This document shows positions 9,253 to 17,315 of a stretch of 54,586 nt of DNA, piece by piece. Source of the DNA: a virus. Taxonomy: Duplodnaviria; Caudoviricetes. The position numbers were made by a program, and so were the translations under genes. The notes under the pieces were generated by a model, which saw nothing but the letters and a program-made list of their open reading frames with translations, was not told the origin of the DNA and made no database searches. The stretch is from the IMG/VR virus record IMGVR_UViG_3300017777_002652, positions 1 to 54,586 of that record. The stretch is one strand, 5' to 3'. Each line of letters begins with the position of its first letter. Positions within the stretch are counted from its first letter, which is position 1.

Positions 9253-9989
9253 GCTTTGCTAAATATTGCTGCTACTTCTCCTCCAAGAAACGATCCCAGT
9301 TCTCCGGCCTTTATTGCGGTCAAAGCCCCTTCTACCGTTCCGTGCACAAATTTCAAATGCTTAAATGCGTTTGCGGCATCTAGACCGGCACTTAATCCTA
9401 AATACATTACAATAACCATGTATGCTGTCTCTGCGATCTTCTCCTGCTGGTCGGCTGGTAATGAGCTAAATTCCGGAATCATTATCTGTAGTCCTTTTTG
9501 AATCATCCCAATATAGCTTTTGTGCAGTTCGTGAGAACCGTGTGCCAGTTTTTTTGCAAACTGCATCGCCTTTTGTTCACCCTTTCTGAAGCCTAGCGCT
9601 CCTAATCCTTTGCTAACACCAACGGACATTAGGCTGAATATCTTCAATATGGCTGGGATTGCCGCTACTATGCCTGCAATCAGCGTGGCTGATATTGCTA
9701 CTTCGTTTACCTTGTCATCCAGCTTTTCTAGCTCTGGGTACTTGGCTTTGATGTCCTCAACCTCCTCAGTATCCTTTGCTGTAGTCTTGACTTGTGATGC
9801 TGCCTTTTTAAGCTCCTGTGCAAACGTACCTATGAGCTGATCCATCACCTTTTGTTCTTCTGGCGTTAGGTTCTCTGCACCATCCTCTTCACGCAGAGAC
9901 GCAGGTGCTGACATGAACTCATGCATGATCGCAGCTATCCTCCGTTCAAATAGGATATCAGACATTAGTGGTGTTAGTTGTGCACCCAT
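9249..9989 (-). CDS. Hypothetical protein with hydrophobic/amphipathic helices
   Basis: 246 aa; charged N-terminal half, then ATLIAGIVAAIPAILKIFSLMSVGV and AYMVIVMYLGLSAG hydrophobic segments. Confidence 0.75.
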   Translation of the reverse strand: MGAQLTPLMSDILFERRIAAIMHEFMSAPASLREEDGAENLTPEEQKVMDQLIGTFAQELKKAASQVKTTAKDTEEVEDIKAKYPELEKLDDKVNEVAISATLIAGIVAAIPAILKIFSLMSVGVSKGLGALGFRKGEQKAMQFAKKLAHGSHELHKSYIGMIQKGLQIMIPEFSSLPADQQEKIAETAYMVIVMYLGLSAGLDAANAFKHLKFVHGTVEGALTAIKAGELGSFLGGEVAAIFSKA

Positions 9990-9990
9990 C

Positions 9991-10539
9991 TTATGACATA
10001 TATTTAGAGCGAATTGTATTCAGTAAGGAGATTTTGTCAGACTTGCCATACGGTAGTGTTTCTATGATCTGCTCAAGATACATAACTGCGCTATCCATTT
10101 CATCATATCCTGGAATCTTTCTAAGATTGTTTAGATACTTGGATGTTAGATTGCTTAGCTCTGGAGATGGTCCCGTTTCCTCCTCCTCCTCAGGTGCTTC
10201 TTCTTCAGGAGCTTCTTCCTCTGCAGGAGCCTCCTCAGGAGCATCTTCGGTCTCCTCTTCTGGAGCTTCCTCTTCCTCAGGTGCAGTTTCTTCCGTCTCT
10301 TCATCTTCAATCTCGCGCAAATATCTGTTTAAGTTAAACTTATTCTCATTTCGTTGTTTGCCAACTCCTGCAAACTCTGAGATAAGACCGTTATTTTTTA
10401 AAATTCTAACGGTATCATCAAAGCTGTTAAGTGAGGTAACCAATCTACTTCCTATGGCATGCCTTCTTGCCTCAGCCAGGAATCGTTGTTTGGTAATCTT
10501 GTTCTTTCTTACTTTAATGTATAAATTCTGTAAAGTCAT
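9991..10539 (-). CDS. Hypothetical protein with acidic (E)EAPEE repeats
   Basis: 182 aa; about six APEE/APAE units at ~10180-10310. Confidence 0.75.
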   Translation of the reverse strand: MTLQNLYIKVRKNKITKQRFLAEARRHAIGSRLVTSLNSFDDTVRILKNNGLISEFAGVGKQRNENKFNLNRYLREIEDEETEETAPEEEEAPEEETEDAPEEAPAEEEAPEEEAPEEEEETGPSPELSNLTSKYLNNLRKIPGYDEMDSAVMYLEQIIETLPYGKSDKISLLNTIRSKYMS

Positions 10540-10554
10540 GGTTGTTTATTTATA

Positions 10555-10562
10555 TATAAGTA
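10555..10562 (-). promoter_or_regulatory. Putative late promoter variant TACTTATA
   Basis: tataagta on + strand, 15 nt upstream of ATG 10539; same variant at 36476. Confidence 0.4.
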
Positions 10563-10575
10563 TCTTTGTTTTTAT

Positions 10576-11238
10576 TTAAAACACCTTTTTATAGGATAGC
10601 ATTTTTGGTTCATGCAGATAATCTAATTTATCTAAACCGTAGTAAGTTGCCTTTGTTTTTGCTTGAGCATATTCATCTGTTGTATATTCTTCATTAAAAT
10701 AATGTTTCAAATCATTATATGCCTTCACCCAATCGGTTGTTGTTATTAATGTTTCCATCAACTCCAGATGTCCCATATATTGGTCATAATCTTGTAAATC
10801 ATGCTCTATATGTATCAACTCAACAACACGCCCATCTGCGATATAATCAAGGCAAAAATCAGCCATGTATTTTGGCTGTATATTCAGTAGCTTGTACAGT
10901 CTAGGGTTCTTCTCAGCATGATACTCGATCTGCTCTCTGAGAGCACCTTTATATGCGTATCTTACGTTTACGTGCGCATGATCAAGATATAGGTTTGGAT
11001 GCTCATATATCTGGATGATCCAATCCTGTATGCATGCTGCAGCATCGGTCGGTGATCCTGGTACTAACACATGGCCGTTTACTTTGTTTGCTTTGTGTAT
11101 TTCTGATTCGATATAAGTAAGCTCATACCCAAAACGATCGAAAAACTCAGGTACGTGCTTCATCTTAAACAAACTGTCATCGACAGGTGTGCTTATGTAC
11201 GGAGTATCTGTTATGTTGTACCTTAATATGTGGAACAT
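10576..11238 (-). CDS. Hypothetical phage protein
   Basis: 220 aa globular-looking ORF; TAATG overlap with upstream gene. Confidence 0.75.
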   Translation of the reverse strand: MFHILRYNITDTPYISTPVDDSLFKMKHVPEFFDRFGYELTYIESEIHKANKVNGHVLVPGSPTDAAACIQDWIIQIYEHPNLYLDHAHVNVRYAYKGALREQIEYHAEKNPRLYKLLNIQPKYMADFCLDYIADGRVVELIHIEHDLQDYDQYMGHLELMETLITTTDWVKAYNDLKHYFNEEYTTDEYAQAKTKATYYGLDKLDYLHEPKMLSYKKVF

Positions 11239-11663
11239 TATTCCTCTGTCTTATCATCAGTAAGTGGTCCTCCAACTACCCATGCATCACAGGTACGTTT
11301 GGCTGCACACTTGAATTTAAGAAATCTGCAGTATCCTAGTTTCCCTGCATTAATCACATCAAATGGATCTTCTGTACCTCCATCATCACCAATACCTTTT
11401 GCTATACAGTCGAGGGTTTTAGTAGTTATATCAAATGCTGCACAGTTACCACATAATGATTTCTTTGCATCTTCAACGGAATCCAGCTGCCACATTTCCT
11501 TTTTCTTATCCCAGAATTTCTCATTAGGTTCGTTTGGATTGAGTGGTCCGTACCCGTATTTCTCAATGGCCTTTTGTCTGTTTTCCAGATTAAGCTCAAT
11601 GTTCTGAGTTGGTAAGGGGCACCCCTTCGCCTCTACTTCGTTTAGCAGCTGTCTGAGTTTCAT
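11238..11663 (-). CDS. Cys-rich protein, possible metal/Fe-S (HiPIP-like) binder
   Basis: Leader MKLRQLLNE; CGNCAAF...C...GYCRFLKFKCAAKRTCDAW. Confidence 0.6.
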   Translation of the reverse strand: MKLRQLLNEVEAKGCPLPTQNIELNLENRQKAIEKYGYGPLNPNEPNEKFWDKKKEMWQLDSVEDAKKSLCGNCAAFDITTKTLDCIAKGIGDDGGTEDPFDVINAGKLGYCRFLKFKCAAKRTCDAWVVGGPLTDDKTEE

Positions 11664-12046
11664 TACTTATTTTTGATTAGATTCAAAAATTTGGTTTCGT
11701 TATTCTCAAATTTCTTATCATCAAACATCTCTGCTACGATCTTTCCATCTTTCTGCTTCATTCTGCAGATTGTTGCATCTAACCTCTCTAAACCGTTTAG
11801 CAAATAGGTTACTCCGAATAACGCCTTCTTGGGTGTAATTCTTGCTACAACGTATGCTTCCGTTATAATAAGATTCATTTGACCTAAGTTGGCTAATTCT
11901 GCCTCAAATACCATCTCCCCATCTTTTAGCCCTAAGTAGTCAAAATTGAGAGTATAGCCGTGAATGCTATAAAATTCTTTGAAGTATGGCATTGCCACTA
12001 CAGACGGGTCTTGTTCTTCAAATAGGATGCTTTTTAACTTTATCAT
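11663..12046 (-). CDS. Hypothetical protein with MIKLKSILFE leader
   Basis: 127 aa; shared leader; preceded by TATTTATA. Confidence 0.75.
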   Translation of the reverse strand: MIKLKSILFEEQDPSVVAMPYFKEFYSIHGYTLNFDYLGLKDGEMVFEAELANLGQMNLIITEAYVVARITPKKALFGVTYLLNGLERLDATICRMKQKDGKIVAEMFDDKKFENNETKFLNLIKNK

Positions 12047-12055
12047 GTCTTTTAT

Positions 12056-12063
12056 TATAAATA
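12056..12063 (-). promoter_or_regulatory. Putative late promoter element TATTTATA
   Basis: 9 nt upstream of ATG 12046. Confidence 0.55.
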
Positions 12064-12612
12064 TTACACTTTTGGGATTCCCACTAGTACTTTTTCCTTT
12101 ACTTTACTTGCTGCTGAAATGCTTCTTTTATATCTACCGTTACTGGTAAACTCGAGTTCTTTGCCTGACATCACTTTTCTTATAATATCTTCATCTGTTA
12201 TGATACTTAAACCTAGCTTGTTTGCCAAATCTTCATCCATTTCAGCATAGAAGCCTCTTGTTTTCATCATATTGACTAGCTTAGTAATAGCTGACTTTTT
12301 GGATAATCTCTCACCATCTTGTCCTATTGTCGTTACCTTTGTTCCGTAATTAGTTCTTTTTCCTCCAATAGTTATATCAGCATCTGGATCTTGGTCGATA
12401 TCTGTTGCTATCCAGTAATTCAAGTCAGAATTGATTACATCCTGCCCTGATTGGAATTCGAAATGCCCTCCACTATCTCTGTATGCTGTTGCAATTAAAT
12501 CATAAATGCTATCAGCAAAATCGCGAATGTCCTTAGTACCCAATTCTACGTATTTGTCTTTGCCGTACTTGTCAGCAAAAGCCTCATTCAATATGTCTAT
12601 GAGTTTTATCAT
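12064..12612 (-). CDS. Hypothetical protein with MIKLIDILNE leader (possible GNAT-like alpha/beta fold)
   Basis: 182 aa; IYDLIATAYRDSGG...YWIATD...IGQDG...RGFY pattern loosely GNAT-like; function uncertain. Confidence 0.65.
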   Translation of the reverse strand: MIKLIDILNEAFADKYGKDKYVELGTKDIRDFADSIYDLIATAYRDSGGHFEFQSGQDVINSDLNYWIATDIDQDPDADITIGGKRTNYGTKVTTIGQDGERLSKKSAITKLVNMMKTRGFYAEMDEDLANKLGLSIITDEDIIRKVMSGKELEFTSNGRYKRSISAASKVKEKVLVGIPKV

Positions 12613-13250
12613 TATGCTGATACTTTTGCCTTTTTTGTGTTTGATACGTAGGTCTTACCTTTAGATCCTGCTTTTCGCTTCTTCTGCGCTGTTGCCGCTC
12701 TCTGACCTTTTGTTAGCGATCTAGCTTTAGATGCTGGCAAGCATCTGTCTGGATTCTTTTTATTTTTTGATGTACCGCAGGGTCCTGCTACTTTTCCCGA
12801 AGTCGTTACTCTTACCCACTTTTGCTTTAACCAATCTCGTAAATCCTCATTCATAGGATTAAACTTCAACTCCTCTTCCCACTCCCTAAACATCATATTA
12901 CCTTTGAGATAGGCTTCCTTTTCCATCTTCATAATTACTGGATGGTCTTTTACCTTCTCACCTTCTTGATATGTTACTTTTGAATAGCCAGGTATACCAG
13001 TATTAAACTGATGTCTATGAACAAGCTCATGGGAAAAAGATCTGAGTATGTCTTTAATATGCCTGCCTGCAATGTGTAGTACCACCGTGTTAGATGCCGG
13101 TTCGTAGTATGCAGTATCTCCAAGAGGGTTTTGTGCGTTTTCATGGTCTTCCTTTAGTGTTACTTTTGGATATGGTTTCATTTTATAGCCCTTCTCCTCA
13201 TAGAATAAAACTATGTTTGTGAGCATATATTTTAAAGGTGTGTTCATCAA
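12612..13250 (-). CDS. Zincin-like metallopeptidase (HExxH) fused to a basic Cys-containing viral module
   Basis: TAYYEP...LRSFSHELVHRHQ...MEKEAY (HExxH plus distal ExxA); C-terminal DLRDWLKQKWV...GPCG...RCLPASKARSLT. Confidence 0.75.
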   Translation of the reverse strand: MMNTPLKYMLTNIVLFYEEKGYKMKPYPKVTLKEDHENAQNPLGDTAYYEPASNTVVLHIAGRHIKDILRSFSHELVHRHQFNTGIPGYSKVTYQEGEKVKDHPVIMKMEKEAYLKGNMMFREWEEELKFNPMNEDLRDWLKQKWVRVTTSGKVAGPCGTSKNKKNPDRCLPASKARSLTKGQRAATAQKKRKAGSKGKTYVSNTKKAKVSA

Positions 13251-13747
13251 AAGTAAGTCTGCTCGAAATAAAGCAGCTGATACTTATCACTACTGTCGAT
13301 GAGCTGTAGTGCATTAAGCAAATCGGAGTACTCAACAACCGACTCATACTGACCCTCCCTAAGCTTTCTCAAAAAGTCAAAGGTAGTTATATCCTGTGAC
13401 ATTATATTAACTGAGTCTGTGTTATACTTTGTGAATAGATCATACTCAAGTACATACGCTTTGTTTATGATATCAACCAAGTCCGTAAAAGTTATCGTTG
13501 GCTTCACAGATGGCAATGTCGGAATTACGTTCCAGCTTACAATATACTTCTGAAGCTTTTCCGCATGCTCTAGTTCATTTGCAGCTTCTTGCTTAAAAAA
13601 GGCTGTTGCCTTTTTGTAGTTGGCATCATCACACCAATTGGCAGCATTGCGATAAAAGAAGTGAGCTGCGTACTCGTCTTTTAGTCTATTGTTAAGCATA
13701 TCAACAACGGCTGATGAAAGCTCTTTTGGTTGTCTTGGTTGTGTCAT
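13247..13747 (-). CDS. Ferritin (non-heme, FtnA-like)
   Basis: 166 aa; LNNRLKDEYAAHFFY...W...ATAFFKQEAANELEHAEKL (ExxH), LEY, TFDFL...QYE; four-helix ferritin pattern. Confidence 0.88.
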   Translation of the reverse strand: MTQPRQPKELSSAVVDMLNNRLKDEYAAHFFYRNAANWCDDANYKKATAFFKQEAANELEHAEKLQKYIVSWNVIPTLPSVKPTITFTDLVDIINKAYVLEYDLFTKYNTDSVNIMSQDITTFDFLRKLREGQYESVVEYSDLLNALQLIDSSDKYQLLYFEQTYF

Positions 13748-13933
13748 TTATTTTCTCCTTTTAAAATTAATAACCTCTTTTCTGATATACTCTCGCAGCG
13801 AATCGTTTATATGTAGTGCTGCTAAATACTTACGTAGAGCTTCTTTATTGCCATCAGTACATCCTACCTTCTTTCCTGTGTCTTTTTTGTACACACAATA
13901 TTGATCTCCTACCTTTTTATGAGTATATGGCAT
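13748..13933 (-). CDS. Small hypothetical phage protein
   Basis: 61 aa; exactly fills the gap between neighbours; C-terminal LREYIRKEV resembles the leader helix of other genes. Confidence 0.7.
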   Translation of the reverse strand: MPYTHKKVGDQYCVYKKDTGKKVGCTDGNKEALRKYLAALHINDSLREYIRKEVINFKRRK

Positions 13934-13934
13934 T

Positions 13935-14927
13935 TTATTTTCGATCTACTAATTTTGTGAATTCCTTAATACTGTAGTTTAGAACCGATTCTTGTAATTT
14001 CGATTTAACCTCCCTTACATCATCCTCAGGTACTTCTAGACCAGCCTTTGTCAGCGCTGCCTTAGTTGTTTTTGAAAAGGGTGGCTTGAGATCCATCTGA
14101 CCGGATTTTATCATCTTCAATGCTTTTGTCAAATCTCCCTTTTCTGCATCTATGACGGGCATATCAACTCGCTCTGGAGCGTCTGGATGCTTTGCTATTG
14201 AAAGCTTCTTGGCATTTGCAATCATTATATTTCTACCCTTCTCTGCATCACCATTTGCTCCTGGTATCTTTCCTAGTAATTCATCTACCTCTTCTGCAGA
14301 TATTTTTGGCCACTGAGCTTTAGAATCAAACCCAGAATTACCTTCTGATCTAGCTTTATCGATGAGTGCTGGAATTGATGATGCAAATTTGGTTACATCT
14401 CCTTTTCCTGGATTACCTTTAGCAATACCGATGGCTTTTGTGTACATGTTTAGCGCACTTACAACATCGGCTGCTGGCATGTCAATTGCAGCTACAGTTA
14501 CTTTCGCTGCTGGATCGATTAATGTTCTAGCTGCCCATCTATGGTGCCCATCCATAATGTCGGTATCATTTGATATAATCGCTTCCATATCATCCAAATC
14601 AGGCGTACCATCTCTTAAATAACCTAACGCAAATGATAATGCTTTATCTGGGATAACTTCCTTTTGCATTGGTTTTAATTTTCCAACTGGTACTGGTGCC
14701 TTTTCCTTTGTGTCTGCGGCATCATCAGTATCGCTGCCATCTGTTTTACCGGCCTGCCAAATTTGCTTAGCTGTCTGCGTATCTGGAATGTCGCTTAGCT
14801 TTATTGGTTTATCGCTACCAAACACGCTATCGGGTGCTTCGTAAATCCTTGCTTTCTTTTGATATTGCGCTTCTGTTAGGATACCTGCAAGTTTTTGTAG
14901 TTTTAGTTTTTCGACCTTAGTGTTCAT
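13935..14927 (-). CDS. ParB/Srx-like nuclease-fold protein
   Basis: LKPMQKEV...AIISNDTDIMDGHHRWAA; N-terminal LQKLAGILTE. Confidence 0.8.
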   Translation of the reverse strand: MNTKVEKLKLQKLAGILTEAQYQKKARIYEAPDSVFGSDKPIKLSDIPDTQTAKQIWQAGKTDGSDTDDAADTKEKAPVPVGKLKPMQKEVIPDKALSFALGYLRDGTPDLDDMEAIISNDTDIMDGHHRWAARTLIDPAAKVTVAAIDMPAADVVSALNMYTKAIGIAKGNPGKGDVTKFASSIPALIDKARSEGNSGFDSKAQWPKISAEEVDELLGKIPGANGDAEKGRNIMIANAKKLSIAKHPDAPERVDMPVIDAEKGDLTKALKMIKSGQMDLKPPFSKTTKAALTKAGLEVPEDDVREVKSKLQESVLNYSIKEFTKLVDRK

Positions 14928-15611
14928 TTATTTTCCTTTTAATATCTGACTAACAGGCTTGGTTGACCACATCCGACAGCTCCAGTAGGATGCTGATGTG
15001 CGGTCTTTTCTTGTTGAACACTTATGCCTTGCTCTAAATGCTTTTCTTCTCTTAGGATCATCTCTTTTAATCGACAGTTCCTTATCTCCAAAATTTACCT
15101 TTTTGACATTTCCGGTTTTGGGATCTCTCACATATACCTTGTACTTTTTCACATCGCCCTTCATTGGCTTACCGAGCTTCACTTGCCTTCCTTTGTGCTC
15201 AGCTTCTGTGACAGGCATCTTACCATCTCCTATATCTTCCAGCAGTGCCTTTGCACATACTTCGCACATCACATCATCGTCTTCTCTTGTTACTATTGGC
15301 TGTCCGGTTGATACGTTGACTGCATTGTAAATATTGAACTGACCTTGTGATGAATGTGTGAATGGAAACTCTAAAGCTCGTATTCTATAAGTGATACCCG
15401 TTTTTGTATCTGTAACAACTAAACCTAAATAATTCTCCTCTCTAAAGACCTCTTCCAGGTTCTCACTAGTACGCCATGTACCTCCCTTTTTCTTATACCA
15501 TTTGGATGCCCACATATTTGCATAAGCAGATGGGTAGGTATCAAACTTAGCCCTTGCAGCTGCCTTTGCTCTACTCCAAAGCTTTTGATTATTTGGTTTA
15601 TTTTTTCCCAC
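14928..15611 (-). CDS. Multi-module basic protein
   Basis: N-terminal PNNQKLW...YPSAYA...YKKKGGTW module; C-terminal KKYKVYV...VNFGD...RRKAFRARHKC...ASYWSCRMW module. Confidence 0.75.
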   Translation of the reverse strand: MGKNKPNNQKLWSRAKAAARAKFDTYPSAYANMWASKWYKKKGGTWRTSENLEEVFREENYLGLVVTDTKTGITYRIRALEFPFTHSSQGQFNIYNAVNVSTGQPIVTREDDDVMCEVCAKALLEDIGDGKMPVTEAEHKGRQVKLGKPMKGDVKKYKVYVRDPKTGNVKKVNFGDKELSIKRDDPKRRKAFRARHKCSTRKDRTSASYWSCRMWSTKPVSQILKGK

Positions 15612-16006
15612 TAGAAAAGTCCTTTTATTGCATGCACAACTAGACCTACAGTTGCTGCATAAACAGCGTATAGTGCTGTATTTACGTTTTTCTTATATGA
15701 CTTGAGATCATGTACATCCGTTGACATTACTGTAATCTCTTCGCCTATCTCATCTACAATTCCCTCAACTTCGTCCAACCTTCTCTTGTTATCATTTACT
15801 TTAACAATTATTCCACTTTCCGGATTAAATAGCTTTAACTTAATCTCACTCATATCTTGTTTTAAGCTATGGTAGCAGATTTTAAGCTCTTCTACATCGC
15901 TTTTTATTACTTTGAGCTCTCCATTAGGCATCTTTGATTCCAGAGACTGCATTGTCTCCAGAATTGCCGAGAGGGTATCAGTTGTTGTTCTTGTCTGACG
16001 TGGCAT
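15611..16006 (-). CDS. Coiled-coil protein with C-terminal transmembrane helix
   Basis: 131 aa; heptad pattern then ALYAVYAATVGLVVHAIKGLF; holin/XhlA-like layout, unproven. Confidence 0.7.
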   Translation of the reverse strand: MPRQTRTTTDTLSAILETMQSLESKMPNGELKVIKSDVEELKICYHSLKQDMSEIKLKLFNPESGIIVKVNDNKRRLDEVEGIVDEIGEEITVMSTDVHDLKSYKKNVNTALYAVYAATVGLVVHAIKGLF

Positions 16007-16460
16007 CTTCTAAACTTTTTTTGAGTTTTTCAACTTGTGGATTAATAATCTCATTAACCTTTTCCTTCGTCAAACCCCCAACCCAATCTTCTACATCACC
16101 ATCTTCTGTGACATAGGCACGATTAGACATGGTTGCAGCATATTCATCTGCATACTGAGTTAAATCATTAATAAATGTTTTCATGTTTGCTGTAACCTTA
16201 TTCCTCTGGTACTCTTCGAATTGACCAGTGCGGATTAATTCTGTTTCGTAGGTTATAACACAATCAAAGCACTTCTTATGGTGCTTCCACATTATTGTAT
16301 CGTTCCTATGATTCATCTTCTTACCACACTCTGGGCAAGATAGTGGTTCGTATAACATTGATCTGACGTGTGCAAATCTTGATACTGTTTGCTTTACGCC
16401 ATTCTTAATAGTCCAGGTTTTACCCTTTTCTGTCCAGATTTCTCCTTCTTTGTGTTGCAT
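15978..16460 (-). CDS. Hypothetical zinc-finger protein
   Basis: CPEC...CFDC pair; 160 aa. Confidence 0.75.
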   Translation of the reverse strand: MQHKEGEIWTEKGKTWTIKNGVKQTVSRFAHVRSMLYEPLSCPECGKKMNHRNDTIMWKHHKKCFDCVITYETELIRTGQFEEYQRNKVTANMKTFINDLTQYADEYAATMSNRAYVTEDGDVEDWVGGLTKEKVNEIINPQVEKLKKSLEDATSDKNNN

Positions 16461-16463
16461 AAC

Positions 16464-16781
16464 TTATTCTGTTCTTAGTCCGTGTTTTCTATATACTTTT
16501 TCTAACGCTGCATCGTACTTTCTTGTAATTCTTCTCAGATCTGACTTAACTGCTTGAACGACCTTTATTGCGTCTTCTTCGCTCGCTACCGTTCTCATCA
16601 AATTCTTACCACCTACTGAGGAAGTTGAGATTGTAATTGTTGCTTCTGGTTTACCTTCACCTCCTACGCTCACAAACTCATCTTCGAAGTGCAGTGTAAG
16701 GTTTAACGTAGGTGCCTGAACTAATGCTTCTTTTTTTTCCAAAAGAGTTTCTAGCAGTCTTTTTAGTCTCGATGATGCCAT
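16464..16781 (-). CDS. Hypothetical protein
   Basis: 105 aa; N-terminal RLKRLLETLLE; preceded by TATTTATA. Confidence 0.7.
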   Translation of the reverse strand: MASSRLKRLLETLLEKKEALVQAPTLNLTLHFEDEFVSVGGEGKPEATITISTSSVGGKNLMRTVASEEDAIKVVQAVKSDLRRITRKYDAALEKVYRKHGLRTE

Positions 16782-16803
16782 GATCTGTGTATGATGTGTT
16801 ATT

Positions 16804-16811
16804 TATAAATA
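16804..16811 (-). promoter_or_regulatory. Putative late promoter element TATTTATA
   Basis: 22 nt upstream of ATG 16781. Confidence 0.55.
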
Positions 16812-16849
16812 GGTCGCTGTTAAGTAAAACCACAGCACTTGTGCAATAA

Positions 16850-17311
16850 TTAGCTGTTTACTGTCCTAATCAAAAACACTTTCGGATTGACACCTAACTG
16901 ATAAGCGATATCCATTCTGGTATTACCTGCAAATATTCTTCGCTGTCCATCACCAAACTCAAGTACAATAGGCATGTCCATTGGCTGGTTTGTTTTAAGG
17001 CGATTGTACATACTTTCCAATGTTTCTTCGTTGCGGTATTTTGGGTAAGATCTATAACTTTTAATTAAATTCAAAAGCTCTTCTTTACTTTCAGTACCTG
17101 ATCTATATGCTATACGTGTATCTTCGCTTGGTGTTATTGTTACTACTTTCGCTTTACGTGCTGCCTCTAGAAAGTCCTCTTCAGAATCAAAGAAATCATG
17201 CCCTTTTAGTTCATGCTCGATTTTAAATTCCTTTTTGAGTGAATCAATCGACGGTTTAACCCAATTAGTATATTGTACTGATTCTTTTAGTAAATCGAGC
17301 AGCTTTATCAT
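16850..17311 (-). CDS. ParB/Srx-like protein with MIKLLDLLKE leader
   Basis: MPIVLEFGDGQRRIFAGNTRMDIAYQLG matches the ParB PIxV...GxxRxxA..LG pattern. Confidence 0.7.
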   Translation of the reverse strand: MIKLLDLLKESVQYTNWVKPSIDSLKKEFKIEHELKGHDFFDSEEDFLEAARKAKVVTITPSEDTRIAYRSGTESKEELLNLIKSYRSYPKYRNEETLESMYNRLKTNQPMDMPIVLEFGDGQRRIFAGNTRMDIAYQLGVNPKVFLIRTVNS

Positions 17312-17315
17312 AATT

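Noticed and set aside
10180-10310. Repeated ~18-nt units that might suggest a CRISPR array or DNA repeat element
   Set aside because: Degenerate in-frame coding repeats (EEAPEE); no constant repeat with unique spacers. No CRISPR array, tRNA or rRNA recognised by eye anywhere in the window.
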